DNA of 41,403 nt from a virus (taxonomy: Duplodnaviria > Caudoviricetes), in the IMG/VR virus record IMGVR_UViG_3300012808_000018, positions 1-41,403 of that record. One strand, written 5' to 3'. A model generated the notes under the pieces. The model worked only from the letters and a program-made list of their open reading frames with translations, was not told the origin of the DNA and searched no databases. This document shows, one piece after another, positions 17,497 to 26,528 of the stretch. The translations under genes and the position numbers were made by a program. How positions within the stretch are numbered: the first letter of the stretch is position 1; every line of letters starts with the position of its first letter.

Positions 17497-18884
17497 CAGC
17501 TTACAATTTTGGTACCGCGTCCAGTATCGGTAGTAGTTAACACTTTGTCCAATGTGATCAGCTTCATATCTGGATTCCAGCCGTTGTATTCGCGCACGAA
17601 GTCGAAGATATGGTACAGTATAGCTCTGTCCGCGCTATTGATCGCATTCATTACAAGCCAAGATTCCCGGATATTGGAGCCGCCATTGTTTGCGCCTCCA
17701 GTGTAGGATCCGCCCGGCATGCCTACGCCGAAAACGGCAGGATTGACAAGCATCGAGAAAAGAATTTCCGCATTGGCAGCGGCTCCATCTGGGAGGTATG
17801 CGTCAGACTTAAGTTTATCGTCGATAGGCTCGATAATGATATGGCCAGACTCTTTCCCGTTACTACGATCGGTCTCAAAAAACGAAACGAAGGTCCTCAT
17901 TGCGTTATCTGTCCCCGTGAGGTATTTGTCCATCTCGTCAAGCTGTTTGTTTACTTCCACTGTCCGAGCTTCGACAGACATACTGGCCCATTTTGGAAAC
18001 TTGTTGAGCCAGTACTGCTGGTGTATCTTGACGTGGTACTTGATGGAGCTTTGGTTTCTAAAGATCGCGCGCTTGTATTCCGGAATGGAGTTGGATATTT
18101 CCAGCCATCCGTTCTCCCGGATTGCATCCCAGGCAACACGTGGATAGTAGTCGTATTCAGCATCCGGAAAATACGTCGGGAAAATGTACCGGTGGTCACC
18201 ATCGGTATAACGTATGCGCTCTACCTCTTCGTACCAGTCTGCCGAATTGATCACCTTGGTGATTTCCTTGTCGCGTGCATCAGAAGATGGAGCAGGAAAA
18301 TTTGCCGATCGCATGATCTTATCGATCCTGCCGGTGGATTGGTCGTATGGCAAGTAACGGTACTTGCGCGCCTTATCGTGTCCGACCTTGACGACCTTGG
18401 AGCGGTCCGCGTTCATCATCAATGATGGGAACGTGATGCCTAGAAAGTTATAATCCTGAATATTTGATATCCGCCATCTGTCGATGTTCGAGCGTTTCAG
18501 AAACTCGGTGACCTCGGCGTCCTTCACAAGGGAATACTTCATTTCCTTGTTATCGTCAAGTCCTTCCTCGATTACCGGGATCAGCTGCTGTCCAAAAAGT
18601 TTGTAGTTCAACAAACGCAAAGCGGACATGGCCACGCCCGATTTGCGAACCTCCGCGAAAACTTCATCTGGAAAGCGATCTGTTCGTCCCCAGGGCACCC
18701 ATTCACGCGAACCGCTGAACTCTTTTTTGTTGGGAACTACGGAGCCGAAGTTCTCATCCTTCAACTTAGCGGCAACGGAACTGGAGGTGGTGCCGGAGGA
18801 GGTCGCAACGTATGATCCGCCCTCTCTAAATGCGTATATCGGAAAACCTTCCGAGCTATATTCTATGTGCCGGGTTCCTGTCAT
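17496..18884 (-). CDS. Phage portal protein
   Basis: 462 aa; WVPWG..D.FP, YYPRVAW and GSNIRE motifs of Bacteroidota phage portals; head-module position. Confidence 0.75.
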   Translation of the reverse strand: MTGTRHIEYSSEGFPIYAFREGGSYVATSSGTTSSSVAAKLKDENFGSVVPNKKEFSGSREWVPWGRTDRFPDEVFAEVRKSGVAMSALRLLNYKLFGQQLIPVIEEGLDDNKEMKYSLVKDAEVTEFLKRSNIDRWRISNIQDYNFLGITFPSLMMNADRSKVVKVGHDKARKYRYLPYDQSTGRIDKIMRSANFPAPSSDARDKEITKVINSADWYEEVERIRYTDGDHRYIFPTYFPDAEYDYYPRVAWDAIRENGWLEISNSIPEYKRAIFRNQSSIKYHVKIHQQYWLNKFPKWASMSVEARTVEVNKQLDEMDKYLTGTDNAMRTFVSFFETDRSNGKESGHIIIEPIDDKLKSDAYLPDGAAANAEILFSMLVNPAVFGVGMPGGSYTGGANNGGSNIRESWLVMNAINSADRAILYHIFDFVREYNGWNPDMKLITLDKVLTTTDTGRGTKIVS

Positions 18885-19156
18885 TTTACTACACGTTTGC
18901 CGTTAAACTCAAAAATCAATTGGATGTGGATTGCAGACTTAATTCCCGAGTCTAGATCTACCAGTCCGCGCATTTCGTTATCGCGCACTGAATATGGCAG
19001 GCCCTGAATCTGTCCCTTTTCGATGGTACGCCATTGTCCTCCCTTTCTCCGAGTGCGATCACACGTGAGATAGGTCATGGAAAAATGCTCTTTAGATACC
19101 TGATATCGGCATCGGTCAAGCTGCTTTAAGACTTCGGAAAGAGGTATCGTTTGCAT
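18881..19156 (-). CDS. Hypothetical phage protein
   Basis: 91 aa, ATGA overlap with portal, preceded by the late promoter motif. Confidence 0.75.
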   Translation of the reverse strand: MQTIPLSEVLKQLDRCRYQVSKEHFSMTYLTCDRTRRKGGQWRTIEKGQIQGLPYSVRDNEMRGLVDLDSGIKSAIHIQLIFEFNGKRVVK

Positions 19157-19160
19157 ACTT

Positions 19161-19196
19161 CAAAAATCACTCATTGAAGGCCTTTGCGAAACGACA
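19161..19196 (-). promoter_or_regulatory. Putative late promoter (TGTCGTTT-N20-GATTTTTG), 4 nt before ATG
   Basis: Copy of the six-fold repeated motif. Confidence 0.72.
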
Positions 19197-19405
19197 CAAA
19201 GAGCGGATACTTATATATCAACCTGTTACGTTAAAATTTTCAAAAATTGGACTTTTTTTGTGCGCAAAAGACTAAAAACCAAGAACATGAAGGTTTCAAA
19301 AGTTTCAAAAAGGATGCAAAGTGTCTTTCAGCACCCCGCCGTGCCCTGTCAAAAAACGGCATTTTCCGTTTTTTTTGCCCTCGGAATATGATTCGGTACC
19401 CTCGA

Positions 19406-19432
19406 TCGAGGCCCCCTTGAAAGGGGCCTCGA
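19406..19432. repeat. Perfect 10-bp inverted repeat (tcgaggcccc/ggggcctcga)
   Basis: Seen directly; lies just downstream of the TS-like gene in a ~250-bp non-coding gap. Confidence 0.7.
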
Positions 19433-19452
19433 GGTCGGTCCAATTTTTTTTT

Positions 19453-20091
19453 TTAGACGTTGAGGGCGAACCTTACCTGCCTGTCTCCCCCGATCAACTG
19501 CCGGGTTCCTTCCATGTTGTTGCTATAGATGTGCACATTCCCCAGGAACATCGTGATCTCCTTCAATGGCAGATCGATCTTGCGCGAGATCAGGTACAAG
19601 TGATAGATATCTGCAGGCAGACCGAGGTTGGCATCCGAGCTGCGCTGGTATGCCGATAGGATCAACTTGCCGTTTTCGATCTGGAACTGGATGAGCGACA
19701 GGCACGGGCTCTGGTTGCTCTCGGCTCCGGTCGCGCCAAGGAACAGCACATAGTTCTTGCTCGCCCTCTTCTCCCGGTTGATCTGTTTAATTAAGTCCGG
19801 TAGCTTCTCGAAGTAGGTGGGATAGGAGTTGATAAGGATCGGACCGCAGTAGTCCCACCACGTTACGCCGATCTCACGGTACCGCTCGGTAAGCCGTTCG
19901 CCCTTCTCGAAGAGCTCCAGCTCGCCGGACAGTTTACGCCTGGCGATCTGGTGGCCTTCAAAGATGTCCAGCAGATCTGCCGGCTTGAGCGAAAGCTTTT
20001 GGTTATGGAGATAGGTGATATCGCCCTTGTTGTTGCGTTGGCTCTTTCCCTTGTTCAGGATCTTCTCTAGCATTAGATGGTACTTGTTCAT
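19453..20091 (-). CDS. Truncated thymidylate synthase-family protein (probably cytosine-specific)
   Basis: GELELF (E58), VTWWD, SPC (catalytic Cys), YQRSSD, LGLPAD (Asp at the Asn177 position), GNVHIY; only 212 aa. Confidence 0.88.
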   Translation of the reverse strand: MNKYHLMLEKILNKGKSQRNNKGDITYLHNQKLSLKPADLLDIFEGHQIARRKLSGELELFEKGERLTERYREIGVTWWDYCGPILINSYPTYFEKLPDLIKQINREKRASKNYVLFLGATGAESNQSPCLSLIQFQIENGKLILSAYQRSSDANLGLPADIYHLYLISRKIDLPLKEITMFLGNVHIYSNNMEGTRQLIGGDRQVRFALNV

Positions 20092-20100
20092 TGTCCTAAG

Positions 20101-20931
20101 CTATTTGACGATCATGATATCGGTGTACTTAGCTGCAGGGTTCGGCTGGGCAACGTGGGAGTACACCACAGAATGGCTGAAGGGATTCGCCCCGGGAACC
20201 TTACGTTCCATCCACTCACACAGCTCGATGATCTGCGACTTGTTCGATGTGAAGTAATAGTAGTGTGGCACCTGCAGAACCTCCAACACATCAAGATAGT
20301 CTCCCAGCTTCCAATACGAAGATTTGTAGGGTACAACATCAGTTGACAGGTATGGTGGATCGACAAGGAACACAACGTTTGGTCTGTTCCTGTAGAGCGC
20401 GAAAAGTTCCTTGTAATCCATGCGGACACGTTCCACGCCATGTAGATAACCATCGGCATTGTACGCGGAACCCCGCACTACGTTATAAAACGTTTGGCGG
20501 CCAAGCGTATCCAGATCATGCACATAGTTCATAGCAAAGAGCAGGTTGCTTGATATGGTGATATAGTCAACATATCCTGTGGCGATCTCTTCGTGCCTGA
20601 TCCTGTCCAGTATTGGCCGGCGTCTGTCCTTGGGAATAGCCTTGTCCCTCGGAAGATCGGCAACAAGTTCCCTTAGATCGGCTACTAAGCGGTTGGTTGC
20701 GTCGATGCGCTGCAGTCGTTGGTAAAAGTTATCGTAGTCGTTGTAGACTACCTTTGCATCCGGGTAATGCTTTTTTACCGTGTTGGCAAGCAGACCACTG
20801 CCGCCAAAAAGGTCGACATAAGTGGCCGTAGGCGAATTAGTTGCCAAAATCTCCGTGAATTTTTTCAGGAATCTTCTTTTCTGTCCCATGAACGGCAAGG
20901 GTGCCGAGGTGTGAATTTTACTTGTTTTCAT
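20101..20931 (-). CDS. DNA amino-methyltransferase (Dam/D12-like, alpha class)
   Basis: PLPFMGQK (motif X), YVDLFGGSG (motif I), VYND, FLVDPPY (motif IV). Confidence 0.88.
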   Translation of the reverse strand: MKTSKIHTSAPLPFMGQKRRFLKKFTEILATNSPTATYVDLFGGSGLLANTVKKHYPDAKVVYNDYDNFYQRLQRIDATNRLVADLRELVADLPRDKAIPKDRRRPILDRIRHEEIATGYVDYITISSNLLFAMNYVHDLDTLGRQTFYNVVRGSAYNADGYLHGVERVRMDYKELFALYRNRPNVVFLVDPPYLSTDVVPYKSSYWKLGDYLDVLEVLQVPHYYYFTSNKSQIIELCEWMERKVPGANPFSHSVVYSHVAQPNPAAKYTDIMIVK

Positions 20932-20942
20932 TTTATATTTAT

Positions 20943-21074
20943 TAAATTTGCGTTCTCACAAACAAAAATTACTGCAGACTATTGTACATCATGCAAGGTT
21001 ATCCCCGGCCGTGAATGTGTATACGTTTGCAGTTTTTGTTTGTGAGAATTACGAAAGCAAGCCGGGGACTTTTT
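20943..21074. promoter_or_regulatory. Structured intergenic element with interleaved inverted repeats and a + strand TAAATTTG -7 box; candidate regulatory RNA
   Basis: 20953-20968 is the perfect reverse complement of 21033-21048; tccccggc 21002-21009 pairs with gccgggga 21061-21068. Confidence 0.6.
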
Positions 21075-21081
21075 ACCCCGA

Positions 21082-22590
21082 TCACATAGCCCTAGCAGGC
21101 ATCCATAATCCAGCGGACGATTCCAGTCTAGCAGAATACTTAAAATATCCTATCATATCCATTGCGTCCCCCTGGTGCGTTGTATAACGCTGATCAACGC
21201 TCTGTTTACGTTCATCCGTCTTGATCTTTTCAGGGCCATAGGTTCCTTCCTTTGCCGCCGAGTTATTGATCGAATGTATAAGGTACTTGCACTTGGTCCG
21301 GTTCCAGGAAAAGATCGGCAGTGCCGGATGGTCATTACGCATGGCAATAGACCAGAACTTGTATTTATCGTGGTGCTCCGGAGCCGCGCCATAGTACTGA
21401 CGTTCCACATCCCAGCCGTTCTTTTCCAGCGTTTGGATCACGATATCGGCATAGGTAAGCGGTGAACGTGCATCTTTACCCATTGCCGTCTGATCATACC
21501 AGTACACAACCCTGCGAAGGCGATGGAAACGATAATAGTCGCACCAGCGCTGCACAAGCACCTCGATCATCTCTCCATCGTTGACAGGCGTAATGGATGA
21601 CAGGAACCGGAACTCGTTCAGAAAATTTTCCTGCCCCGTAACCACACAGCAGAACTTGCCATAATCCAGGGCAATATCCAGTTCCGTCTCCAGCAGCACA
21701 TCGTTCACCTCGCGGCAGTCCAGATCATCAAAGCTGCTCTTGTCGTAGCCCTCTGCATTTTCGATCAGTCCGCGCAGATAATCGTTATTGAAATCGTCGT
21801 AGGTATGGCGCTTTTCGTTAAACAGCGGATAGAAACCGCCCCCAACCGCGCGCGGACGTATGTTGCCAATTTCGATATCATACTCGTACTTGGTCATGAT
21901 CCTGCGCTGCTCGGTGAACCAATCTGCAGGCAGATTATCCGAATTAACACTTGACGGTGCGCGCACATATAGGATCTTGTCCGGAGTCGCCTGCGCTGCC
22001 GTCTCATAGGTATAGATGAATTTTCCCTCCTGCGTCCGGGGAATGGATGATGCGTATACCTGGGAAAGCCATTTGGGATGGTGTTCAAAGTATCGCTTAC
22101 CACCGCGTAGCGTTGCCAGTGTCTCTTTTTGGAACTTGACAGGATCGAGCTCACAGAACTCATCGGCAAGCCCGGTGCACGTGTTAAGTCCGCGAGAGCT
22201 GACATCCTGTGAAAGCAGGAGCCATACCGCCCCGGTATACCAAGAAATTGCCTTGCCGTAATCCTGTGGCGGCTCGTAAGGTTCTCTCCAATTTCTCCAG
22301 GTCGGTTTCTTACATACGGTAAAATGCACCTCCGGAATGTAGCCCAGGGATTTGAGTGAGGAAATCGTGGACGGCAGCGTTCTGGTGAGCGCCTGCTGAT
22401 AGGTTCTGGCCTGCATGAAGTTGGTACTGCGCGGCAGCTCGTGCGCGATATCCTCCATCTTGTCGGCAAGTACAGTGGATTTTCCCACACCGCGAGCGCC
22501 CTCGATGACGACGGTGCGCTGCGGGGCATTGCGGACAACGATCTGCATCGCATTACGGACAAGTTCAAGCTTAGGTCTATTCCCCGCCAT
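21082..22590 (-). CDS. terL: Terminase large subunit
   Basis: Walker A EGARGVGKS, Walker B GLADEF, RNase H-like IALDYG and HQGDAMD. Confidence 0.9.
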   Translation of the reverse strand: MAGNRPKLELVRNAMQIVVRNAPQRTVVIEGARGVGKSTVLADKMEDIAHELPRSTNFMQARTYQQALTRTLPSTISSLKSLGYIPEVHFTVCKKPTWRNWREPYEPPQDYGKAISWYTGAVWLLLSQDVSSRGLNTCTGLADEFCELDPVKFQKETLATLRGGKRYFEHHPKWLSQVYASSIPRTQEGKFIYTYETAAQATPDKILYVRAPSSVNSDNLPADWFTEQRRIMTKYEYDIEIGNIRPRAVGGGFYPLFNEKRHTYDDFNNDYLRGLIENAEGYDKSSFDDLDCREVNDVLLETELDIALDYGKFCCVVTGQENFLNEFRFLSSITPVNDGEMIEVLVQRWCDYYRFHRLRRVVYWYDQTAMGKDARSPLTYADIVIQTLEKNGWDVERQYYGAAPEHHDKYKFWSIAMRNDHPALPIFSWNRTKCKYLIHSINNSAAKEGTYGPEKIKTDERKQSVDQRYTTHQGDAMDMIGYFKYSARLESSAGLWMPARAM

Positions 22591-23164
22591 GCTTCACCTC
22601 CTCATGCTGCACATCTTCGATCAGACCATCCATCATGGCGCCGAAATCCACGGTACCGGTCTTGTAGATCATGCCCAGTGCGCGCTCTGCTTTCTGGTCT
22701 ATATTGATGTTTACCTCGTGACGCTCTATCAGTTCGGCGTTGAGCGCCGCAGAATCTTCCGTTCCTCCTGCAGCCTTGAGTTCCTTGGCTGCCTGCACCA
22801 TTGCCATCGGATTGTTCATGGCCTGCGCCATGCTCCGGGCATCGAGCAGCGTTTCGATCACAATGTGGTTGATCACTTCGGTCTTTATCTTGTAGATATT
22901 GCCGAAGAGCTCCATTGCGTCGTTGATATACCTACGTGCGGTTGAAGCGGAAATGGGCTTACCACGACGGTCGCCCAGCTTGCGCATCACCTGTATCGTA
23001 TCGGTCATCGTATTGTAGTTGCGAAATAGCGTGTAGGCATCCATATACCAATCCAGTAGGTCCCGCTGCTTTGCAGTTAGGACGTTCTCCGGATCGTCGT
23101 CATCACCCTTTAGATAGGACATGATGTAATCCTTATTGGTATCCTGCCCGATAAGCTTACTCAT
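22577..23164 (-). CDS. Putative terminase small subunit
   Basis: 195 aa helical, HTH-like ISASTARRYI; overlaps the terL start. Confidence 0.65.
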   Translation of the reverse strand: MSKLIGQDTNKDYIMSYLKGDDDDPENVLTAKQRDLLDWYMDAYTLFRNYNTMTDTIQVMRKLGDRRGKPISASTARRYINDAMELFGNIYKIKTEVINHIVIETLLDARSMAQAMNNPMAMVQAAKELKAAGGTEDSAALNAELIERHEVNINIDQKAERALGMIYKTGTVDFGAMMDGLIEDVQHEEVKHGGE

Positions 23165-23864
23165 CGCCGTCCTCCAATAATTTTTTGAACTGCTCCAGCT
23201 CTTTCAGCCTTAGCTCAAGGCGTTTTTGCACCTTGGCGCGCTTGTGGCCATCGGGGAGGGAAAGCAGCTTCTTTTTGTCCTTGGATATATTGGATTGTAG
23301 GTTGGCCATCGATTTGCCGATCAATTTGGGATCGGTACCGGCAACCTTTTCCTCGATCGTGGCAATGTGCTCGGCAATGTACTTACCAGTTTCCCGGTAC
23401 TCATCGATCAGGCTCCAGTAATGGTTCACGGCTTGATGATCATCGAGCATGGCAAGCACCATCTCCAAACGGCGATCCTGGTCCTCGGTGAAGCCGATCT
23501 CGATGAACAGCTGCATAGCGCGGCGATGGTGCATATTCTTTTTGCGGTGCAGATCCTGCACGGCTTCGGGCAATGAACTGAAATCTTCACCCTTGACCTG
23601 ACGTTGCGGAACGTCAAAAACGGCAAGTTCCGGAACGGCCGGCTTTGGTACTAAAGTACTACTGGAGACAACTTGTTCCTCGATAGTGAGATCGGAAAGG
23701 ATAGTGAGCTCTTCCAAGAGCCGGCGGTGATGGTAGTTGCTCGAGCCGGCACGAAAAACGATCTGCAAAGCCAAATCGTCCGAGTAGCGCTCGAACAGTA
23801 CGCGGCCTTCCTCGTAGCTGTGGACGGTCTGGGATAGATACTTTTTGATTGCCGATATTGCCAT
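23157..23864 (-). CDS. Hypothetical phage protein
   Basis: 235 aa helical, first gene of the terminase operon, preceded by the late promoter motif. Confidence 0.75.
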   Translation of the reverse strand: MAISAIKKYLSQTVHSYEEGRVLFERYSDDLALQIVFRAGSSNYHHRRLLEELTILSDLTIEEQVVSSSTLVPKPAVPELAVFDVPQRQVKGEDFSSLPEAVQDLHRKKNMHHRRAMQLFIEIGFTEDQDRRLEMVLAMLDDHQAVNHYWSLIDEYRETGKYIAEHIATIEEKVAGTDPKLIGKSMANLQSNISKDKKKLLSLPDGHKRAKVQKRLELRLKELEQFKKLLEDGDE

Positions 23865-23868
23865 GATC

Positions 23869-23903
23869 CAAAAGTATCAAGGCGCTGACGGCCTAAAACG
23901 ACA
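23869..23903 (-). promoter_or_regulatory. Putative late promoter (TGTCGTTT-N19-TACTTTTG), 4 nt before ATG
   Basis: Copy of the repeated motif; this -7 box matches Bacteroidota TAnnTTTG exactly. Confidence 0.75.
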
Positions 23904-24143
23904 CTATATCCTTACCAGGATAAAGATCTGCTGCCGGTTTGTATTGGTGAAGTTCGGAACGCCAATTTCGGCAAGTGCATCCCATAGATTTTCCACGCTC
24001 CAGTTTTCGCTTTTTTGCCAAATTTCGTCCACAGAACGTTCAATATCGGCAAAGGTCATCAGGATGTTGTTGCCGTCCGTGCGATCGGGGATCTGGAAGC
24101 GGTCCTGTAGGATGTTGATCAATCGTACAACTTTCTCGTTCAT
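23904..24143 (-). CDS. Hypothetical protein
   Basis: 79 aa ORF filling the gap in the operon direction. Confidence 0.55.
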   Translation of the reverse strand: MNEKVVRLINILQDRFQIPDRTDGNNILMTFADIERSVDEIWQKSENWSVENLWDALAEIGVPNFTNTNRQQIFILVRI

Positions 24144-24157
24144 GTTTGCTGTTTTAC

Positions 24158-24185
24158 AAAAAAGCTCCCGCGAAAGGGAGCTTTT
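24158..24185 (-). terminator. Intrinsic terminator (may be bidirectional)
   Basis: aaaaaagctccc-gcgaaa-gggagctttt after the tail tube gene. Confidence 0.8.
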
Positions 24186-24213
24186 CTATTATTCTAATCA
24201 ATAATTGCTTCAA

Positions 24214-24948
24214 TTACGCGGCAGGTGCGATTTCGATAGGAGCCTTGTAGATAGCTGCTGGGATCGGTGACTTGGAAAGATAGGTCTGCACCGAGGTGTT
24301 AGGGTCCTCGACCAGTTTACCAGTGGTACCTTCCACCGTCTCCAGCTGAGCCGGAAACTTCGGCGTGCCCAATACCTTCACCTTGCCGTTCTGCTCGACC
24401 ACTAGGAATACCAGTCTGCGGTTTGCGCTCGATGCCAAGAAGCCCAAGAACTCCTCATCGTTGCTTGGATAGGAAACCTCCATTGAATTGGAGAACGATT
24501 TCCCGTCACGCGCACCGATCAGCGAGTATTTTAGTTCACCTGTCTCCAGTGTGCAGTAAAGCTCGTGGAAGCACTTGCCGGTTTTAAATACAAACTTGTC
24601 CGCTAAGGGAATGGTAACAAGCTCGGCAAATTCGGTCGCGTTCAACGTATCGATATTGATCAAACGGTCCGGCCACTTGGCTATATCTTCATCAAAGGCG
24701 TAGTACACCCTGCCCTCGATACCACCGGGATTGTAGGTTCCCTGTTTATAGGTGATGTTCTTTGCGTTCAGCGCAAGGGAAAGCACGCCGGCCTGTTCCA
24801 TCGGGATCAGCCCTAAAAAACCGATTACTCCGGAAATCGCGAACGTTGCCTCCGGATGATCGATACCCATTGCAATTGCATTCCCCATGAATAGCGAGGT
24901 CATGATCAACAGCAAAAGGAATGTACCTATGTTATAGATCTTCTTCAT
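24214..24948 (-). CDS. Putative major tail (tube) protein with N-terminal hydrophobic extension
   Basis: NPGG motif followed by a beta-rich fold; third gene after the protease; first ~58 aa contain two hydrophobic helices. Confidence 0.6.
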   Translation of the reverse strand: MKKIYNIGTFLLLLIMTSLFMGNAIAMGIDHPEATFAISGVIGFLGLIPMEQAGVLSLALNAKNITYKQGTYNPGGIEGRVYYAFDEDIAKWPDRLINIDTLNATEFAELVTIPLADKFVFKTGKCFHELYCTLETGELKYSLIGARDGKSFSNSMEVSYPSNDEEFLGFLASSANRRLVFLVVEQNGKVKVLGTPKFPAQLETVEGTTGKLVEDPNTSVQTYLSKSPIPAAIYKAPIEIAPAA

Positions 24949-24951
24949 TGT

Positions 24952-25470
24952 TTAGCCCTCCTTTTCGTTAAGTTCAACCAAAAAGCCCACGCCGATCTTT
25001 ACAAGGCTTGCCACTAGTGCAGGATCTTTTTTCAAATCGTCGGCAGTGATATCACGCCCTTCGTAACGCCATTTCTTGCCGTAGATACGATAGGTTTTCT
25101 TTCCGGACTTGACGGTCTGGAAACCTTGATCGGCTGCGCTTTGTGCGCTTCCAAGTTCAGCGGACAAGGTGCCAAGCTCTTCGGTAAGCCGGGTCACCGA
25201 ACCTGTCAACGTGGCGATCTCCTTGTCCTTTTCGGCAATGTTCTTGCCGTGCAATTTGCCAAGATCTTCGCCTGCTTTTAACAACTGTTCGATCGCAGTA
25301 TCTTTAACCGAAAGCTGCTTCTGTAAATCCTGGTCGATCGATTCAAGGTCAACGATCTCGAAGGTTTTATCGGCAACAAGTCCCTCGATAAGCACTTTAG
25401 CGGCATCGCTGATCGTACCTACTACTAGATATGCCACCTTTTTTGTTTCTGTTTTCTTTGTATTGGACAT
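24952..25470 (-). CDS. Hypothetical coiled-coil protein downstream of capsid
   Basis: 172 aa with central coiled coil and small C-terminal domain. Confidence 0.7.
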   Translation of the reverse strand: MSNTKKTETKKVAYLVVGTISDAAKVLIEGLVADKTFEIVDLESIDQDLQKQLSVKDTAIEQLLKAGEDLGKLHGKNIAEKDKEIATLTGSVTRLTEELGTLSAELGSAQSAADQGFQTVKSGKKTYRIYGKKWRYEGRDITADDLKKDPALVASLVKIGVGFLVELNEKEG

Positions 25471-25526
25471 TTCAAATTTGTGTAAAATGGAAAAATGGGT
25501 GGGCGTTACTGCCCACCGTTAATTTT

Positions 25527-26498
25527 TTAGGCCGCTAGATCCTGATCGTTATGGAATACATATCCGTAATACCAGAAACCAAGACCGATCCACCAATCGG
25601 AAAGAAGCTTAACGGTTCTGTCGAGCTTCTGCACATCGAAACGTCCCTGATTCTCCGGCGCTTTCATCGGATTGGCTTTGTTATCATCCGGAGTTGCATA
25701 GATCAATTTGCTTGCACCGATACCAGGATATCCTTTTACCACGATGTGCTCGTCATCGATAAGCGTGGCTAAATTCTTTTTCTGATCGTAGTTTTGATTG
25801 TACTTCGCGCGCACCCCTTTGCGGTATAGACGTTCCAATTTGGTAGACATCGAGATTTCCTTGATGTGCTCGCGTAAAAGATCCGGGATAGCTTCCACAA
25901 ATGCCTCAACGTAATTACAGAATGCCACTGCATCCGTAGGTACGGTCCCCAGTGCGATGGAATTGGTTTTACCAAGCGCAAAAGCATCACGTATCAATTT
26001 ACGGATACCGTTCATCGAGCCGATGGCCGATGTTGCAGTACCTGGAGTGATCACGGCTTTTTCACCCAAGAAAGATGAGCGCATCTCAAGATCCTCTTCA
26101 TATTTACCGAGTATTAAAACTTCGGTCATGTACCGTACGATCGGCCACTCTTCGCGCGAAAGCTTGTTAGACGCAAGGAAACCAAGCCAAGAGGGAAAGA
26201 TTTCGTCTGGACTGATCTTAACGTCAATCTTTACATGCGTCAACGGAATACTCTCCAGTTCGAACTTGACTTCGGACCCGGTTTTAGGCGTGAAGTCCGT
26301 CTGGAAGGCCTGTAATACTTCGGTGATCGATGCAGTCGCCTTGTAGACTACAGTATCATCAGTCGGAAGTAACGGAAAGGAACTCACAAGTTGTGAGCGT
26401 TCCATGTACTTCGCCTGAAGGTTCTGCATACCTTGGCCGCCATCGACATAATGTTCGCCAAACTCGGCGACTACTTCATCAATATTTATTTTTGCCAT
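25527..26498 (-). CDS. Major capsid protein
   Basis: 323 aa directly after the prohead protease; HK97-like features (SMNGIRK, C-terminal DRTVKLLSDWWIGLGF). Confidence 0.8.
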   Translation of the reverse strand: MAKINIDEVVAEFGEHYVDGGQGMQNLQAKYMERSQLVSSFPLLPTDDTVVYKATASITEVLQAFQTDFTPKTGSEVKFELESIPLTHVKIDVKISPDEIFPSWLGFLASNKLSREEWPIVRYMTEVLILGKYEEDLEMRSSFLGEKAVITPGTATSAIGSMNGIRKLIRDAFALGKTNSIALGTVPTDAVAFCNYVEAFVEAIPDLLREHIKEISMSTKLERLYRKGVRAKYNQNYDQKKNLATLIDDEHIVVKGYPGIGASKLIYATPDDNKANPMKAPENQGRFDVQKLDRTVKLLSDWWIGLGFWYYGYVFHNDQDLAA

Positions 26499-26528
26499 TG
26501 TTTATGGATTTTATGTTAACGGTTATTT

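Noticed and set aside
17610-18425. 271-aa + strand ORF and many similar antisense ORFs across the late module
   Set aside because: They lie wholly opposite well-supported genes, have no motifs, and are typical shadow ORFs
19240-19443. 67-aa minus-strand ORF in the gap after the TS-like gene
   Set aside because: It starts at a non-ATG codon, runs through hairpins and A/T tracts, and has no coding features
19453-20091. Ordinary thyA auxiliary metabolic gene or pseudogene
   Set aside because: The ORF is uninterrupted with catalytic residues kept, but the specificity and phosphate-binding residues differ from ThyA; treated as a divergent functional homologue
21894-22568. 224-aa alternative-frame ORF inside terL
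   Set aside because: Arg/Ser/Pro-rich off-frame translation with no recognisable domain
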